Below, one piece after another: positions 10,026 through 21,620 of a stretch of 64,000 nucleotides of DNA. This DNA is from Gemmatimonadota bacterium (lineage in GTDB: Bacteria; Gemmatimonadota; Gemmatimonadetes; Gemmatimonadales; Gemmatimonadaceae). The translations under genes were made by a program, and so were the position numbers. Positions within the stretch are counted from its first letter, which is position 1; every line of letters begins with the position of its first letter. The stretch spans positions 99 to 64,098 of the forward strand of contig JANNRQ010000021.1 of assembly GCA_031401495.1 (NCBI GenBank). The letters are read 5' to 3'. Below the pieces are notes generated by a model. It was not told where the DNA came from and searched no databases. It saw only the letters and a list, made by a program, of their open reading frames with translations.

Positions 10026-10197
10026 CGAACAAGTGCACTTCCGTGGGCCAGAGCCGGCCGAACGGTCACGCCGTGTTCGCGGCCTTGATCACACTGAAGC
10101 GCGAGCGGAGAGGGCGGTGGGGTGCCCGCAGGCGAGGCCGTGCCAATCCTGACAAGTGGGGTCCTTGGCAGGATTGGTCACGGTTCGCCGGAGGGCA
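10026..10197. repeat. Composite intergenic repeat copy 2 (module B followed by hairpin module A)
   Basis: See copy 1. The internal hairpin here is CCAATCCTGACAAG..CCTTGGCAGGATTGG. Several stem positions differ from copy 1 but remain largely paired. Confidence 0.8.
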
Positions 10198-10214
10198 CAC
10201 CACTGCCCACTCCG

Positions 10215-12509
<2,295 letters not shown>

Positions 12510-12703
12510 TTCTGGTGTCCTCCGGAGTGCACCTACGATGAGACGAAACGGGTGCCAATGCGAGAGGAGCCGAAGGGAGGAGTCGTTTCAGGGGTGTATT
12601 ATGTCTAACATTCGTATGGCAAGGCGTGGGTTGTATCCCGACGGAGTAGAACACCCGGGGCGACTCACGGATATCGACGTTCATCAATTCATCACGGAAT
12701 GAC

Positions 12704-13624
12704 ATGCAACCGATACATCACGCCGTCGCGATTCTCACACACGCTGCGCTCAGTGCAGGCATGACCAGCGCGCTTCCGGCCCAGGAGCGCATGGAGCATC
12801 CGGCGGGACACACGATGCCCCCGGTCGCGTCGGCCAAGGCACTCCAGCAGATCAAGGACGTTCAGAAGGCGACGGAGGCGCTGGCGACAATCGACGGCGC
12901 GCGGTTCGGCGGATTCATGCCGGTGTTCGGGTGGCTGCCCACGATGGGCACGCACTGGGTCAGCGCTCCGCGGATGTTGACGGGGCGGGCCGCCAAGCTC
13001 TCCGAGCCGTCGCAGCTGATGTTCAGCCCAATGAACGGCAAGCCGACGCTGGTGGGCGCCGCGTTTGCGCACTATACGGCCCTCGCCGATTCCACGCGCC
13101 CGGAAACGTTCGATGGCAACCCACCGTGGCACGACCATCAGGACTTGGCGCCGGCGGGCACCAATCTCGTGATGCTGCACGTGTGGTTCGTCCCGTCACC
13201 CGATGGGCCGTTCGCCGGCCACAATCCGTTCCTGCCGTTCTGGGGCGCCGGACTGACGCCGCCCGACGAGCACCGGATGCACGAAGACGCGTTCAACCTC
13301 AAGGTCCGTCGCGCCGCGCTCGCACTCGGCGAGGTCGTCGACACGGCCGGAGTGTTTCCGTTCCTCAGCCGACGTCCGGCGGTACAAGCCAAACTCAGCG
13401 CCGAGCGCGCCAAGGTGCGCGCGCTGGTGCCACTTGTGGAGGCCGCCACCAAGGCCAAGGACGAGACCAAATTCGACGCGCTCATGGTTGAATTGGGTGG
13501 CCACTGGGACACGATGCGCGCGGCGTATTTCGCGGCGGTTGCCCGGCCCGATGCGAAGGACCGGATGCAAAGGCTCGTGGACGACATGCTGCGGGTCGGC
13601 GGTGGATCCGGCGGACATCACTAA
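12704..13624 (+). CDS. Hypothetical secreted protein
   Basis: 306-aa ORF with a hydrophobic N-terminus. Coding-like third-position GC bias. I recognise no family. Confidence 0.55.
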   Translation: MQPIHHAVAILTHAALSAGMTSALPAQERMEHPAGHTMPPVASAKALQQIKDVQKATEALATIDGARFGGFMPVFGWLPTMGTHWVSAPRMLTGRAAKLSEPSQLMFSPMNGKPTLVGAAFAHYTALADSTRPETFDGNPPWHDHQDLAPAGTNLVMLHVWFVPSPDGPFAGHNPFLPFWGAGLTPPDEHRMHEDAFNLKVRRAALALGEVVDTAGVFPFLSRRPAVQAKLSAERAKVRALVPLVEAATKAKDETKFDALMVELGGHWDTMRAAYFAAVARPDAKDRMQRLVDDMLRVGGGSGGHH

Positions 13625-13686
13625 CCCGCCAAGAAGACGCTATCGAAGGATTCCCGGAGTCTGGCCGCCGTGGAAATAAGTGCGGA

Positions 13687-14199
13687 TCAGGACTGCTGAG
13701 CCGCCGCTACGATGTCCTTGATGCGGCCCAAGCCGGCCGCGGCGCGCCAGCCCACGAGTTGACCGGTGTGATAGGCGAAGTGCCCCGCGAGCATATGCGG
13801 GAGGAAGTCCGCTGAGGTCGGGTAGACGATGCGGCCGGGCACGAACGGGTTTGGCTGCTGTGCCAGCGTTGCCACGTCCACCGAGAGCGCCGCGTCGGCC
13901 AAGTCCGTGTACACCTCGCGGCACTTGGCCACGAGTTCGGCCATCGGCGGATAGTCGTCTGGAATCAAGGACGGCGTGGTTCCCGGAGCGAACTTCGCAC
14001 GCCAGTCCTTGGGGCAGATCGGGGGGCGTCCGCACAGCTTGCGGCCAAAGTCTCCGGTGATGCACAGGTGGCCAATGATCCAGCCAGCCGTTTTGGAGCC
14101 GGGCATCGGGAGCAGCGTGCGATGGGAGTCGTTCAGCCCGACGGCCGCCTCGTTGAATACCAAGAGGAAGAAACGGCACTGTGTCACGTTTGCTTTCAT
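13687..14199 (-). CDS. DinB family protein
   Basis: The ATG at 14199 overlaps the upstream gene's stop (ATGA). The motifs GWIIGHLCITGD ... HMLAGHFAYHTGQL follow the DinB_2 pattern. The longer ORF (to 14496) would overlap the upstream gene. Confidence 0.75.
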   Translation of the reverse strand: MKANVTQCRFFLLVFNEAAVGLNDSHRTLLPMPGSKTAGWIIGHLCITGDFGRKLCGRPPICPKDWRAKFAPGTTPSLIPDDYPPMAELVAKCREVYTDLADAALSVDVATLAQQPNPFVPGRIVYPTSADFLPHMLAGHFAYHTGQLVGWRAAAGLGRIKDIVAAAQQS

Positions 14200-15611
14200 G
14201 GAGTCGACCTGGCTGGAACTGCGTCGGTGAGGAGGGCGAGCGCGCTCTGAAGATTCTGTGAGCCGATACGCGCGCCGGGAAAGTGACCCATTCGGACGAC
14301 GACCATTTCGCGCGATGGAATAACGACGGTCTCCTGGCCGCCCGCGCCGCGAAAGGCGAACGCATCCTTTGGCGCCCTCCAAAGGCCGCGCGGGTTCACC
14401 CACACCATCGCGCCGTAGGTGCTGTCCTTCCACGCGGGCGCCGGCGTCGACACGAACTTGGTCCAGCCCTCGGGCAGCAGCCGCGTGCCTTGCCAAACGC
14501 CGTCCGCCAGGAAGAGCATGCCGAGGCGCGCCCAGTTGCGTCCCGTGCCGTAGTCAAATCCGTTGAGCAGGAAGCCGCCGTACGGGTCGGTCTCCAGAAC
14601 CTGGCGCCGGATGCCGAGCTTGTCGAACATCGCGCGCTGCGGCCACGTGAGGTACTCCTCGCCGCGGGCGCGGACCGTCTGTTGGATGATGAGATTGAGC
14701 GCGAGCGGATCGCTGTTGCGGTAGCGTCCGAACGTGTTGGGCTCGAACTGCAACAGTCGCGTGACGGCGAACTCGAAGCTGTTGATCGCGCCGGCGTAGC
14801 AGAGGTCGTGGTCGTGAAATCCGGGCAGATCCTCCGGGCTGCCGCGGCTGAAGCGGATGCCGCTGGACATACGCATCAGGTCCACGATCCGGATCTTGGC
14901 GCGCGGATCTCCAGGCGCTTTGCGCCATTCGGCGATCGGGGCAGGGTCGTCCATCCTGAACGCACCCTGATGCGCCAGCACGCCGATCAACGCCCCGGTG
15001 ATGCTCTTTCCCATGGACCAGCTCTCGAGCTGCATGTCCTTGTTGGCGCCGTTGGCGTAGCGTTCCGCGATGATGCGTCCGCGGTGCACGACCACAAACG
15101 CCGCGGTTAGTCCGGCCGGATTTGCGAACGCCGAGTCAACGGCCTGACGCACCTTGGCGGTGTCGATGTCCGACGGGAGCGGCGTCGTGGGCAGGACGTC
15201 GCCCATGGGCCACGGCATCCGGGACGCGTCGCCGAGTGTCGTCGCGACGCGCGTGGGCGTGAAGTACACAGAGTCCTTGCCGGGCTGATGGATGACGCAG
15301 CCCTGGTCGCCGTAGAGCTTGGCTTCGCGCGTGATGCGGTTGGCCAACGTGAGCCGCACCATCCTGCGCGAGCGGTCGACGTCGAAGGCAGTGATCGAGT
15401 CGAGTTTGGCGCCGAGGAAATACGCCGCCACGTTTCGCCGCGCTTCGGCGGGATCGCGCCCCGAGACGAATACCGCGGAGCAAAGAACCTTCGCGGTGGC
15501 CGCGACGCGCCAGCTGTCGGGGTTGTCAGGAGGGAATCCAGGTTGCGCCACCGCGCTGGCTGGCGCCAATACCGCCGCACACAGTGCGGCCCGAACGATG
15601 CACGAAGACAT
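14196..15611 (-). CDS. Beta-lactamase-related serine hydrolase
   Basis: The ATG at 15611 gives the signal peptide MSSCIVRAALCAAVLAPASAVAQ. The SxxK motif (SMGKSITG) and overall length fit class C beta-lactamase/esterase-like proteins. Confidence 0.85.
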   Translation of the reverse strand: MSSCIVRAALCAAVLAPASAVAQPGFPPDNPDSWRVAATAKVLCSAVFVSGRDPAEARRNVAAYFLGAKLDSITAFDVDRSRRMVRLTLANRITREAKLYGDQGCVIHQPGKDSVYFTPTRVATTLGDASRMPWPMGDVLPTTPLPSDIDTAKVRQAVDSAFANPAGLTAAFVVVHRGRIIAERYANGANKDMQLESWSMGKSITGALIGVLAHQGAFRMDDPAPIAEWRKAPGDPRAKIRIVDLMRMSSGIRFSRGSPEDLPGFHDHDLCYAGAINSFEFAVTRLLQFEPNTFGRYRNSDPLALNLIIQQTVRARGEEYLTWPQRAMFDKLGIRRQVLETDPYGGFLLNGFDYGTGRNWARLGMLFLADGVWQGTRLLPEGWTKFVSTPAPAWKDSTYGAMVWVNPRGLWRAPKDAFAFRGAGGQETVVIPSREMVVVRMGHFPGARIGSQNLQSALALLTDAVPARSTP

Positions 15612-15655
15612 GCGCTGAAGATGTCCCGGCGTAGGCGATTCCGCTGCCAGGCCCG

Positions 15656-15895
15656 CTATTGGGCTGTCGTTGGGCCGGCGGTTGAGATGTTCATCGCTTT
15701 CATGACGGGGCAAACTCGCGTGCGGCCGGTCTTCAGGAAGAAGGGGACCCCAACCACGACCACGACGAGGACGTAGATGGGCATCAGCCGCGCGATGGCG
15801 AAGTGGTAGACCAAGAGGCCGACGCAGGCGATCCCCAGCAGGATCCGGATTCGACTATCAAGGACGCCGACGTTCTGATGTTCAGCCATGGTCAT
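15656..15895 (-). CDS. DUF2892 (YgaP-like) small membrane protein
   Basis: MTMAEHQNVGVLDSRIRILLGIACVGLL..GVPFFLKTGRTRVCPVMKAM is the typical DUF2892 pattern with the C-terminal CP motif. Confidence 0.7.
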   Translation of the reverse strand: MTMAEHQNVGVLDSRIRILLGIACVGLLVYHFAIARLMPIYVLVVVVVGVPFFLKTGRTRVCPVMKAMNISTAGPTTAQ

Positions 15896-15926
15896 TCTCC
15901 ATGAGTTGAGGTACGCAGCGGCCAGT

Positions 15927-16388
15927 TCAGCGCCCGCCGTAGCCCCGGGCCAGCATTGTGGCGGCAGAGATGATGCAGACGAGCAGCAGGAGCTGAATGT
16001 CGGAGATTCGCGCGATGCGTCGCGCCGCACCGTGGAGCGCTTCGGGTGCCGGCAGGGCGCCGGTTGCCGCAGCGCGGCGCCAGCGGATGAGCGTCACCAT
16101 CGGCCAGATCTCGAGCGCGAACACGAGCGCGAAAAGTCCGATCTTCGCGTAGAAGACGTGGTTGCTCCAGTAGTACGACGACGATTTCTCGAGGCTGCCG
16201 AAGGCGCGCCACAGTCCGGTCGCCAGCAGGACCCCCGCCGACACGCCCCACCAGTTGTCCGCGGCGAATCCTCGCTTGAGCGCGGCTGTATCGCGAACGT
16301 CATTCAGGGCACGAGCACGGGCGAAGACCGACCCGAGCGCGATTCCCATGCCCAGGAGATGAAGCACTGCGAGAACGATGCGGAGCAT
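15927..16388 (-). CDS. DUF2214 family membrane protein
   Basis: Four hydrophobic helices. LRIVLAVLHLLGMGIALGSVF and WSNHVFYAKIGLFALVFALEIWP are DUF2214-like. Confidence 0.65.
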   Translation of the reverse strand: MLRIVLAVLHLLGMGIALGSVFARARALNDVRDTAALKRGFAADNWWGVSAGVLLATGLWRAFGSLEKSSSYYWSNHVFYAKIGLFALVFALEIWPMVTLIRWRRAAATGALPAPEALHGAARRIARISDIQLLLLVCIISAATMLARGYGGR

Positions 16389-16438
16389 GGGGGACCTTAA
16401 GTCTTGATCTCGCGTTTGGCTATTGGCGACCGCCGGCC

Positions 16439-16690
16439 TCAGCCTCGGTTTGCGTCACCCGCAGGAGCGTCGGATTTCTCGAGCGTGTACTGCAACGCGC
16501 CGGACGGGCAGCGCCGAACTTGCTCGGCCACTTGATCGGCGGGCGCAGCGTCAGCACGCACCCAGTCGCTGCGGCTTACGTCGAACACCGCGCGCAATCC
16601 GCGGATGCAAACACCTGAGTGAGCGCACACGTTCGGGTCGAACGTGACCGTGATTTCCGGTGTCTCGTAGGTCTGCAGACGCTTGGTCAT
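16439..16690 (-). CDS. Divergent 4Fe-4S mono-cluster (DUF1271-like) protein
   Basis: 83 aa. The motifs ITVTFDPNVCAHSGVCIRG ... RCPSGALQY follow the (4Fe-4S)-binding small-protein pattern. Confidence 0.7.
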   Translation of the reverse strand: MTKRLQTYETPEITVTFDPNVCAHSGVCIRGLRAVFDVSRSDWVRADAAPADQVAEQVRRCPSGALQYTLEKSDAPAGDANRG

Positions 16691-16715
16691 GAATCCAACG
16701 CTAGTCGACTGTCAT

Positions 16716-16775
16716 CCGGGTGCGTAGCACCCGGCCGAGAACGTTGATCGGGCGGCCGAAGGCCGCCCGCCGAGA
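16716..16775. repeat. Twin GC-rich hairpins, each followed by GCCGAGAAC (REP-like or terminator-like)
   Basis: CCGGGTGC-gta-GCACCCGG (16716-16734) and GGGCGGCC-gaa-GGCCGCCC (16750-16768) are both perfect 8-bp stems. GCCGAGA occurs at 16734 and 16769, exactly 35 nt (5 x 7) apart. The element lies between two co-directional minus-strand genes. Confidence 0.7.
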
Positions 16776-16785
16776 ACATTTCTAC

Positions 16786-19470
16786 CTACGGAACCGGTTT
16801 CGGTGCCGGCTTGGCGTTCTTCACGTACGTGTCCATCCACGCGATCCAACGCGCCCACTGATCCAGGTCGGACGCGTACGCCGCCACGCTGTGATCCTCG
16901 TACGGATACATGTACAGCGCGGCCGTCTTGCCCAGTCCCTGGAGCGCCATCATCATGCGTTGCGAACTGATGATCGCCGTGCCGCTGTTCTGGTCTTCCC
17001 AGTTGTGATACAGCAGCAACGCACCTGAGATCTTGTCGGCGCGGAAGAACGGCGACATGTCGAGGTACGTGTCCTGCGCATCGTAGAAGCTGCGCCGCTC
17101 GCTCTGGAAGCCGAATGGCGTGAGGGACCGGTTGTACATGCCGTCGCCAGCGATGCCGGCCTTGAAGTACGGCACCAGCGTCATCGCGTTGACGGTGCTG
17201 AACGCGCCGTAGCTGTGGCCGCCGATGCCCAGCTGGGTACGATCCACCCAGCCGCTGTCGACGATCGCGTCCACCACCGCGTCGAGGTTCTCGCGCAGGT
17301 CGCGCGTGTAGTTGTCGTTCATCCTGCCTGAGTCGCCCCAAATCGGGATGTCCGGCTCGATGAGCGCGTAGCCAGCCGTGACCCACAGTTTGGTGGACGA
17401 CGCTGGGCGCGCCGACGGAACCTCGGGGAAGCGGTTGATGTTGGTGTTGAAGCGCGAGCGGTCATAGCCGTCCTGTGAGGTGTACTCGCGCGGGTAGAAC
17501 CACAGCACGGCCGGCACTTTCTGTCCCTGGCGCCAGCCCTTTGGCAGGGTCACGTCCGTCCAGAACGCGTAGCCATCGCGCGGCCTGGTGACGCGGAAGC
17601 GTTTGGACGGCGCCGTGGAGACTTCGGGCCCGACGTCCACGTTGTTGGTGATCTTCTTCGCGGAGTTCGCCGCGACGTCACGAAGCCACACGTCGGGAAG
17701 CGTGGTCGCGCTCTCGCGCGTGACGAGATACTGCGAGAGATCATCGTCCAGCGACGTGACGAAAGACTCGAAGACGTCCGCCGGGCTGTCGAGCACGCGC
17801 GTCCGCCTTGCCGTCTCGATGTCGATCTTGTCCACCCACGGGCGCGGCGCCTGCGAACTCCAGGATGCGCCCGGCGCGCGGGTGCCCGTCACAGCGACTT
17901 GGGTGCCGTTGTTGCTGACGACGACGAACGTGCGACCGGCCGGAAGCGTGCGCGTAACGAGTGCGCCACCGAGCGCGGTTGTGTCGGTGTTCTGCGCGGC
18001 ACCACCACCCAACCCGCCGCCGCCTCCTCCTCCACCACCGCCGAATCCGCCGCCACCGCGGCTGAGTGTGACGCGACGACCGAGGTTGAAGCGTTTGCTG
18101 TCAGCGAGACGAACCGCGAAGACAGCACCGCTGTCGGACGCGAACAGCATCTTGGCGTCGGAACTGAACATGGTGGTGCCGAGCTGCGGGCCGCCTTCGT
18201 AGACCAGCTTCGTGTCATTCGGGCCGAACGGCGGGAGCCAACTCATCAGACGCACACTGCTCGGCGTGCGGCGCTGATTGGCACCCTGCGGGCCACCGCG
18301 TCCAGCGGGCGCGCCGCTGCGATTGGCGCCAGCGTTGTTTGCCGAGAAGACGGACTCGGTGTAGAGCAGGCCCGGACCTACCGGGTTCCACTCGACGTTT
18401 CGCTTGCCGGTATCACTGGCCGTCGGACCGCCGCCGCCGAACGTTGGCGCGTCGTCAGTGCCGCCGCCGCCTTCACGCAGCGGCGTGGACGCGATCGTCG
18501 CGACGACTTTGCCGCTCCGGTCCCACAGTTCGCGCCTGGACCCAAACGCACTGGCCGGCACGTTGTACGAGAACGGCTCCACCATGTACGTGACGGTGAA
18601 GTACGATCCGTCGGCGTTGACGTCCACGGAACGGATCATGTGCGGCTCGCCGATCTTGGTCACGGCGCGCGTCTTCACGTCGATGAGGGCTAGCTGGCCC
18701 GTGGTGTAGTACTTGAGGATGTCCACGTCGTGGCGGTCCAGCAGTAGGCTGTTGTGGACGCGCTGCGGCCGCGCGGTGCCGTTGCTGAAGCGAACAGTTG
18801 GGCCGTTCTCGACATTGTTGGGGCCGTGTGTCGGCGCCGCGGCCGCGCGACCGTCCGGCGGCAGCACGACGACGACACTCTTGCCGTCGGCGGTGTACTC
18901 CAGGTCCGTCACGAGCACCGGCAGCAACTGACCGCGCGTCAGCTGTGTCGACTTTCCGCTCGCGACGTCTGCGACGTACACATGCGTCGCGGCGTCAAAG
19001 TTTGCGAGATAGGCGATGGACTTGCCGTCGGGCGACCACGTTTCCCCCGTGATGCTCTGGACGTTGGCCGGCGTCTCGATGGTCTTCGTAGCGCCGGTTT
19101 TCGGATTCACGAGCACGAGGCCGCGCGCGTTGTTCACGGTGAGGGAGCGGGCGCGATGGGCCTTCGTATCCACTTCGAGCCCCGCGAGGTAGACGTGCTC
19201 CTTGCCGCGGAGTGCGATATCGCCGCGCGTCGGGCCTGTTGTCCGCAGGAACCACGACCGATCCGGGCTCGGCGCGCTGAACGAGATGTCCACACGCGGC
19301 GCCATGATGATGCGCTCGAGGTTGGCCGGCGGCTTTACATAGGTCTCCGCCTTCAGGATCTGAGCTGCATCCCAGCTGGAGGAACCCGGAGGCGTACCCT
19401 GCTGAGCGACGACGGGGGCGGACACTGCTGCAAGCGTGAGGGCGGCAGCAAGGACACGGCGGACGTTCAT
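16786..19470 (-). CDS. S9 family prolyl-oligopeptidase-like serine peptidase with N-terminal propeller and a poly-Gly insert
   Basis: The ATG at 19470 gives the signal peptide MNVRRVLAAALTLAAVSAPVVAQQ. TolB-like propeller repeats are present (WSPDGKSIAY). The nucleophile elbow is GGHSYGAF. A low-complexity insert GGGGFGGGGGGGGGGLGGG is encoded around 17990-18070. Confidence 0.85.
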   Translation of the reverse strand: MNVRRVLAAALTLAAVSAPVVAQQGTPPGSSSWDAAQILKAETYVKPPANLERIIMAPRVDISFSAPSPDRSWFLRTTGPTRGDIALRGKEHVYLAGLEVDTKAHRARSLTVNNARGLVLVNPKTGATKTIETPANVQSITGETWSPDGKSIAYLANFDAATHVYVADVASGKSTQLTRGQLLPVLVTDLEYTADGKSVVVVLPPDGRAAAAPTHGPNNVENGPTVRFSNGTARPQRVHNSLLLDRHDVDILKYYTTGQLALIDVKTRAVTKIGEPHMIRSVDVNADGSYFTVTYMVEPFSYNVPASAFGSRRELWDRSGKVVATIASTPLREGGGGTDDAPTFGGGGPTASDTGKRNVEWNPVGPGLLYTESVFSANNAGANRSGAPAGRGGPQGANQRRTPSSVRLMSWLPPFGPNDTKLVYEGGPQLGTTMFSSDAKMLFASDSGAVFAVRLADSKRFNLGRRVTLSRGGGGFGGGGGGGGGGLGGGAAQNTDTTALGGALVTRTLPAGRTFVVVSNNGTQVAVTGTRAPGASWSSQAPRPWVDKIDIETARRTRVLDSPADVFESFVTSLDDDLSQYLVTRESATTLPDVWLRDVAANSAKKITNNVDVGPEVSTAPSKRFRVTRPRDGYAFWTDVTLPKGWRQGQKVPAVLWFYPREYTSQDGYDRSRFNTNINRFPEVPSARPASSTKLWVTAGYALIEPDIPIWGDSGRMNDNYTRDLRENLDAVVDAIVDSGWVDRTQLGIGGHSYGAFSTVNAMTLVPYFKAGIAGDGMYNRSLTPFGFQSERRSFYDAQDTYLDMSPFFRADKISGALLLYHNWEDQNSGTAIISSQRMMMALQGLGKTAALYMYPYEDHSVAAYASDLDQWARWIAWMDTYVKNAKPAPKPVP

Positions 19471-19580
19471 TGCGGAGCTCCGGTGAATTGGGCTGGGGCG
19501 CCATCGGCACCCACTACTAGAGAATGGGCCTCGGAGTGCCATACGCACCAGCGTAACGGGTCGCTGGGGCGGCGATACAT

Positions 19581-20078
19581 CTACATGCTGCCAGGAGCCG
19601 GCACAGTCTCCCCCACAAAGACTCTGAAATCGGTTGCCGCGGGCGTGTGGCCGAGCTGTCGGAGGAGGAGCGTCACCTGGCCACGATGGTAAGTGGAGTG
19701 GTTGAGGAGGTGCTGGAAGAGGTCAGCGAGTCGGTACTTCTCGCCTCGCACGTCCAGCACCGCGTTCAGTCGGTCGTCCGTGAGTTCGGACAGAAACGCG
19801 TTGCGCTGCCGCTCAACGGCGCGCCACGCCGCAACGAGACTGCCCACATCGGGGAAGGCCGCTGGCGGCGGATCATCCATGGTTGACCCGTCGACCCAGA
19901 ACTGTAACCAGCGCTTTTCGCCCCACATGATGTGGATCAGGGTGCCGCGGAGCGAGCCGAAGCTCGCGCCAAGATCGCGGTCGAAATCACTGTGCGACAC
20001 AGGCGCTGCCGCGGCAAGCACCCTGTGGTTCGCCCAGTCACTGTATGCGAAGAATCTGCGGACATCAGCCGTGTTCAC
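19581..20078 (-). CDS. DinB family protein
   Basis: FFAYSDWANHRVL ... LIHIMWGEKRW ... LLNHSTYHRGQV is the canonical DinB pattern. Confidence 0.8.
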   Translation of the reverse strand: MNTADVRRFFAYSDWANHRVLAAAAPVSHSDFDRDLGASFGSLRGTLIHIMWGEKRWLQFWVDGSTMDDPPPAAFPDVGSLVAAWRAVERQRNAFLSELTDDRLNAVLDVRGEKYRLADLFQHLLNHSTYHRGQVTLLLRQLGHTPAATDFRVFVGETVPAPGSM

Positions 20079-20096
20079 GAGGTTGTCCTGATTTGC

Positions 20097-21047
20097 TCAG
20101 CGTGAAGAGGCCCAGCGGGATCGTTCCGACCAACCGCGCACTGGAGCGAGGTCCATGCGCGTGAGCACGCCGTGGGTGAAATCGCTTCCGCGGGCGCCCA
20201 CCGCGTAAAGCGTCTGTAGGCCCGGGCCCCCGAACGCGACATTGGATACCGAGACCTGGCCGGCGTTGTAGCGTCGGACGACTTGGCCATCGCGATCCAG
20301 GACGTAGATGCGGCCGACCCGGTGATAGGCGATGTACAGATTCCCGCCGCGATCGAACGTCATGCCGTCCAGCGTCTGTTGGTCCTTCTCGGTCGGCTTC
20401 AAGTGCTCGGCGATCACGGCGAAGACCTCGACGGCGCCGAGTCGCCCGGGAGCGCGAATGGCATAGCGCAGCACTCGACCGGAGACACTCTCGTTCACGT
20501 AAAGCCAGGCGCCCGACGGGTCAACCGCGATGCCATTGGGCCAAGCCAGTCGTCGTGCAACCGTGGTTACGACCCCAGCGCGATCCACATAGTGCACCGT
20601 TCCGCGCGCGGATCCGATCTGCGAATCTCTCGGGTCCGTGAAATACACTCCGCCAGAGTCGTCGAGTGTCAGATCGTTGGGCGCGATGAGCGCCGATCCG
20701 TCGCTCATAGTGAGTGGCGCAAGCCGTTTGCCGTCGCGGCCAAACCGCAGCACGGCATGTTCGGCGCCGTCCGCAACGAGGTGTGTGCCGTCGGCCAGAA
20801 TACGGTGGCCGTTCGGCTGGGCGGAGCGGGCCCACTCGGTCAGACGGCCGTCGAGCGTGAAGCGATGGATCACGCCGGCCACGAGGTCGGTGAGATATCC
20901 CACGGAATCCGACTCGAAAACGACGCCCTCGCCGAACGACGCGAACTCTGCCACTGGCACCGGAATGACGGCCGACTCCGATGGCAACGACGCCGGCGTG
21001 TTGCACGCAGATGCCCAGACAATGAAGAGGAGAGGGAGCCGTCGCAT
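20097..21047 (-). CDS. SMP-30/gluconolactonase/LRE-like beta-propeller protein
   Basis: Signal or lipoprotein-like N-terminus (LFIVWASAC). It carries the repeats GVVFESDS, GGVYFTDP, PNGIAVDPSG.WLYVNE and GNLYIAY, typical of the SGL family. Confidence 0.75.
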   Translation of the reverse strand: MRRLPLLFIVWASACNTPASLPSESAVIPVPVAEFASFGEGVVFESDSVGYLTDLVAGVIHRFTLDGRLTEWARSAQPNGHRILADGTHLVADGAEHAVLRFGRDGKRLAPLTMSDGSALIAPNDLTLDDSGGVYFTDPRDSQIGSARGTVHYVDRAGVVTTVARRLAWPNGIAVDPSGAWLYVNESVSGRVLRYAIRAPGRLGAVEVFAVIAEHLKPTEKDQQTLDGMTFDRGGNLYIAYHRVGRIYVLDRDGQVVRRYNAGQVSVSNVAFGGPGLQTLYAVGARGSDFTHGVLTRMDLAPVRGWSERSRWASSR

Positions 21048-21086
21048 CGATGCTCAGAGTGAAGACGTTCGTTTTCGCTCGGCTGT

Positions 21087-21620
21087 TCAGCGACCGGGCG
21101 CGCTGGACGCCGGCGAGGTTGGCGCCATCTCCTGGTTTACCGCCAGCGTGAGTTGCCAACTGCCGTCGCGTTGTTCCCACGTGTGCAGATACCGGTCGTG
21201 CTCCACGCGAGATGGCTGGCCGAGCGGCGTGTAGTAGGCGCGCGCCTCACCGAGTTCGAGGATCACGGCGCCGCAGTCGCGTACGTCGCTCAGCGCATAG
21301 TTGATGGAGTCGAATCGCACGGTGCGGAACAGATCGCGATTGAGGGCCGCCAGCGCCTCCCGGCCGCGAATTGGCTTGGAGCTGCCGTTCCAGATCTGAA
21401 CGCTGTCGGCCAGCACCGAAACCGTGAGAGCGACGTCCCGCGTGCGTTTACCAAATTCATGCTGGGCGAGTTGTCGTTCTATGTTCGAACGCAGCGTTTC
21501 GGACGCGGCAACGCACGTCGCGGCGGCCGCCGGCGTCGAGCTTGTCGACCGGTCTCCGGGGCCGCACGCGGCAGTACTGTACAAGACAGCCAGAATCAGG
21601 CTTCGATCCCGACCTGCCAC
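21087..21620 (-). CDS. NTF2-like (DUF4440/SnoaL-like) putative lipoprotein
   Basis: The ORF extends to 21677, but that would overlap the upstream gene by 58 nt. A GTG at 21620 shares one nucleotide with the upstream TAG stop and gives (M)AGRDRSLILAVLYSTAAC. The C-terminus DRYLHTWEQRDGSWQL is NTF2-like. Confidence 0.55.
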   Translation of the reverse strand: MAGRDRSLILAVLYSTAACGPGDRSTSSTPAAAATCVAASETLRSNIERQLAQHEFGKRTRDVALTVSVLADSVQIWNGSSKPIRGREALAALNRDLFRTVRFDSINYALSDVRDCGAVILELGEARAYYTPLGQPSRVEHDRYLHTWEQRDGSWQLTLAVNQEMAPTSPASSAPGR

